Assembly (NCBI GenBank): GCA_965603825.1
Contig: CBFDEM010000009.1
Location: 461,002-525,001, forward strand
From: Blepharisma stoltei ATCC 30299
Lineage: Eukaryota > Protista > Ciliophora
Direction: 5' to 3'
DNA: 64,000 bases
Below, one piece after another: positions 61,832 through 64,000 of this stretch. The notes below the pieces were generated by a model, which had not been told where the DNA came from, ran no database searches, and saw only the letters and a program-made list of their open reading frames with translations. The number at the start of each line of letters is the position of its first letter. Position 1 is the first letter of the stretch. Both the position numbers and the translations under genes were made by a program.

Positions 61832-62140
61832 CTATATAAAGCAATATAATAATTTAGTAAAAATAGTAAATCTAGAATAAATGGAAGCCAATAAGAAGCG
61901 CTCATGGGTATTATGAAGAGAAAAGCTGGGAAGACTGATGCGGAAGCTTCAGGAAAAGGTGTATTAATCTGATAGAATCAGCCTTATTGGTTTTCAAATT
62001 TGGAATTGCCGTTTGAATTCTAATTCAACATAAACTCAAGGTTGTATGCTATCAATTAGTCCTATATTTTCCAGAAATTTAATATTGATCAGAACTTTTT
62101 GATATTAGATCAGACTCCAAGCCTTTATTAAAATTTCATT

Positions 62141-64000
62141 TTAGGGTGTTAGGGTGTTAGGGTGTTAGGGTGTTAGGGTGTTAGGGTGTTAGGGGTGTTA
62201 GGGTGTTAGGGTGTTAGGGGTGTTAGGTGTGGTTAGGGTGTTAGGGTGTTAGGGTGTTAGGGTGTTAGGGTGTTAGGGTGTTAGGGTGTTAGGGTGTTAG
62301 GGTGTTAGGGTGTTAGGGTGTTAGGGTGTTAGGGTGTTAGGGTGTTAGGGGTGTTAGGGTGTTAGGGTGTTAGGGTGTTAGGGTGTTAGGGTGTTAGGGT
62401 GTTAGGGTGTTAGGGTGTTAGGGGTGTTAGGGTGTTAGGGTGTTAGGGTGTTAGGGTGTTAGGGTGTTAGGGTGTTAGGGTTGGGGTTAGGGTGTTAGGG
62501 TGTTAGGGTGTTAGGGTGTTAGGGTGTTAGGGTGTTAGGGGTGTTAGGGTGTTAGGGTGTTAGGGTTGTTAGGGTGTTAGGGTGTTAGGGTGGTTAGGGT
62601 GTTAGGGTGTTAGGGTGTTAGGGTGTTTAGGGTGTTAGGGTGTTTAGGGTGTTAGGGTGTTAGGGTGTTAGGGTGTTAGGGTGTTAGGGTGTTAGGGTGT
62701 TAGGGTGTTAGGGTGTTAGGGTGTTAGGGTGTTAGGGTGTTAGGGTGTTAGGGTGTTAGGGTGTTAGGGTGTTAGGGTGTTAGGGTGTTAGGGTGTTAGG
62801 GTGTTAGGGTGTTAGGGTGTTAGGGTGTTAGGGTGTTAGGGTGTTAGGGTGTTAGGGTGTTAGGGTGTTAGGGTGTTAGGGTGTTAGGGTGTTAGGGTGT
62901 TAGGGTGTTAGGGTGTTAGGGTGTTAGGGTGTTAGGGTGTTAGGGTGTTAGGGTGTTAGGGTGTTAGGGTGTTAGGGTGTTAGGGTGTTAGGGTGTTAGG
63001 GTGTTAGGGTGTTAGGGTGTTAGGGTGTTAGGGTGTTAGGGTGTTAGGGTGTTAGGGTGTTAGGGTGTTAGGGTGTTAGGGTGTTAGGGTGTTAGGGTGT
63101 TAGGGTGTTAGGGTGTTAGGGTGTTAGGGTGTTAGGGTGTTAGGGTGTTAGGGTGTTAGGGTGTTAGGGTGTTAGGGTGTTAGGGTGTTAGGGTGTTAGG
63201 GTGTTAGGGTGTTAGGGTGTTAGGGTGTTAGGGTGTTAGGGTGTTAGGGTGTTAGGGTGTTAGGGTGTTAGGGTGTTAGGGTGTTAGGGTGTTAGGGTGT
63301 TAGGGTGTTAGGGTGTTAGGGTGTTAGGGTGTTAGGGTGTTAGGGTGTTAGGGTGTTAGGGTGTTAGGGTGTTAGGGTGTTAGGGTGTTAGGGTGTTAGG
63401 GTGTTAGGGTGTTAGGGTGTTAGGGTGTTAGGGTGTTAGGGTGTTAGGGTGTTAGGGTGTTAGGGTGTTAGGGTGTTAGGGTGTTAGGGTGTTAGGGTGT
63501 TAGGGTGTTAGGGTGTTAGGGTGTTAGGGTGTTAGGGTGTTAGGGTGTTAGGGTGTTAGGGTGTTAGGGTGTTAGGGTGTTAGGGTGTTAGGGTGTTAGG
63601 GTGTTAGGGTGTTAGGGTGTTAGGGTGTTAGGGTGTTAGGGTGTTAGGGTGTTAGGGTGTTAGGGTGTTAGGGTGTTAGGGTGTTAGGGTGTTAGGGTGT
63701 TAGGGTGTTAGGGTGTTAGGGTGTTAGGGTGTTAGGGTGTTAGGGTGTTAGGGTGTTAGGGTGTTAGGGTGTTAGGGTGTTAGGGTGTTAGGGTGTTAGG
63801 GTGTTAGGGTGTTAGGGTGTTAGGGTGTTAGGGTGTTAGGGTGTTAGGGTGTTAGGGTGTTAGGGTGTTAGGGTGTTAGGGTGTTAGGGTGTTAGGGTGT
63901 TAGGGTGTTAGGGTGTTAGGGTGTTAGGGTGTTAGGGTTAGGTTAGGGTGTTAGGGTGTTAGGGTGTTAGGGTGTTAGGGTGTTAGGGTGTTAGGGTGTT
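62141..64000 (+). repeat. Telomeric repeat (TGTTAGGG)n / (CCCTAACA)n
   Basis: About 230 copies of an 8-nt unit with the G-rich strand running 5'->3' toward the end. The unit matches the known Blepharisma telomere repeat. Confidence 0.99.

Noticed and set aside
1-64000. tRNA, rRNA or intact transposase/reverse transcriptase genes
   Set aside because: None recognised by eye; a covariance-model and HMM scan would be needed to exclude divergent ones.

Overview
AT-rich, gene-dense eukaryotic DNA that ends in about 1.86 kb of (TGTTAGGG)n telomere (62141-64000). Three signatures point to the somatic (macronuclear) chromosome end of a heterotrich ciliate, most likely Blepharisma: in-frame TGA at conserved Trp positions (UGA=Trp, TAA/TAG=stop), 15-nt GT..AG introns with an A at position 10, and the CCCTAACA telomere. 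The supplied standard-code ORF track therefore fragments most genes and misses some entirely. Bases 1-27.7 kb hold compact, mostly single-copy genes: APE1/ExoIII, a VDAC-like porin, a double inositol-phosphate-kinase plus double-CDGSH fusion, a RING/B-box protein, retinoblastoma-related protein, a possible PAXX/XRCC4-like protein, PEX14-PUB, a CNBD K+ channel, a RING-IBR-PARP fusion, a TTLL, CCDC146, a CFAP97-domain protein and stomatin-like 2. Bases 28-62 kb are a subtelomeric birth-and-death region: about 10 USP protease genes or relics, four tandem two-domain ubiquitin-like (ISG15-like) genes (three with C-terminal Gly-Gly plus a propeptide), an E2 co-duplicated with one of them, three atypical Rab-like genes and three pentapeptide-WD40 genes. 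The leading hypothesis is a clustered diUbl-E2-USP conjugation system of possible defence function. Two paralogs are interrupted by TAT...ATA-bounded, IES-like inserts (127 and 137 bp), and the last WD40 gene carries an in-frame GC-rich foreign patch. All family calls are by-eye motif recognition, with no database searches.
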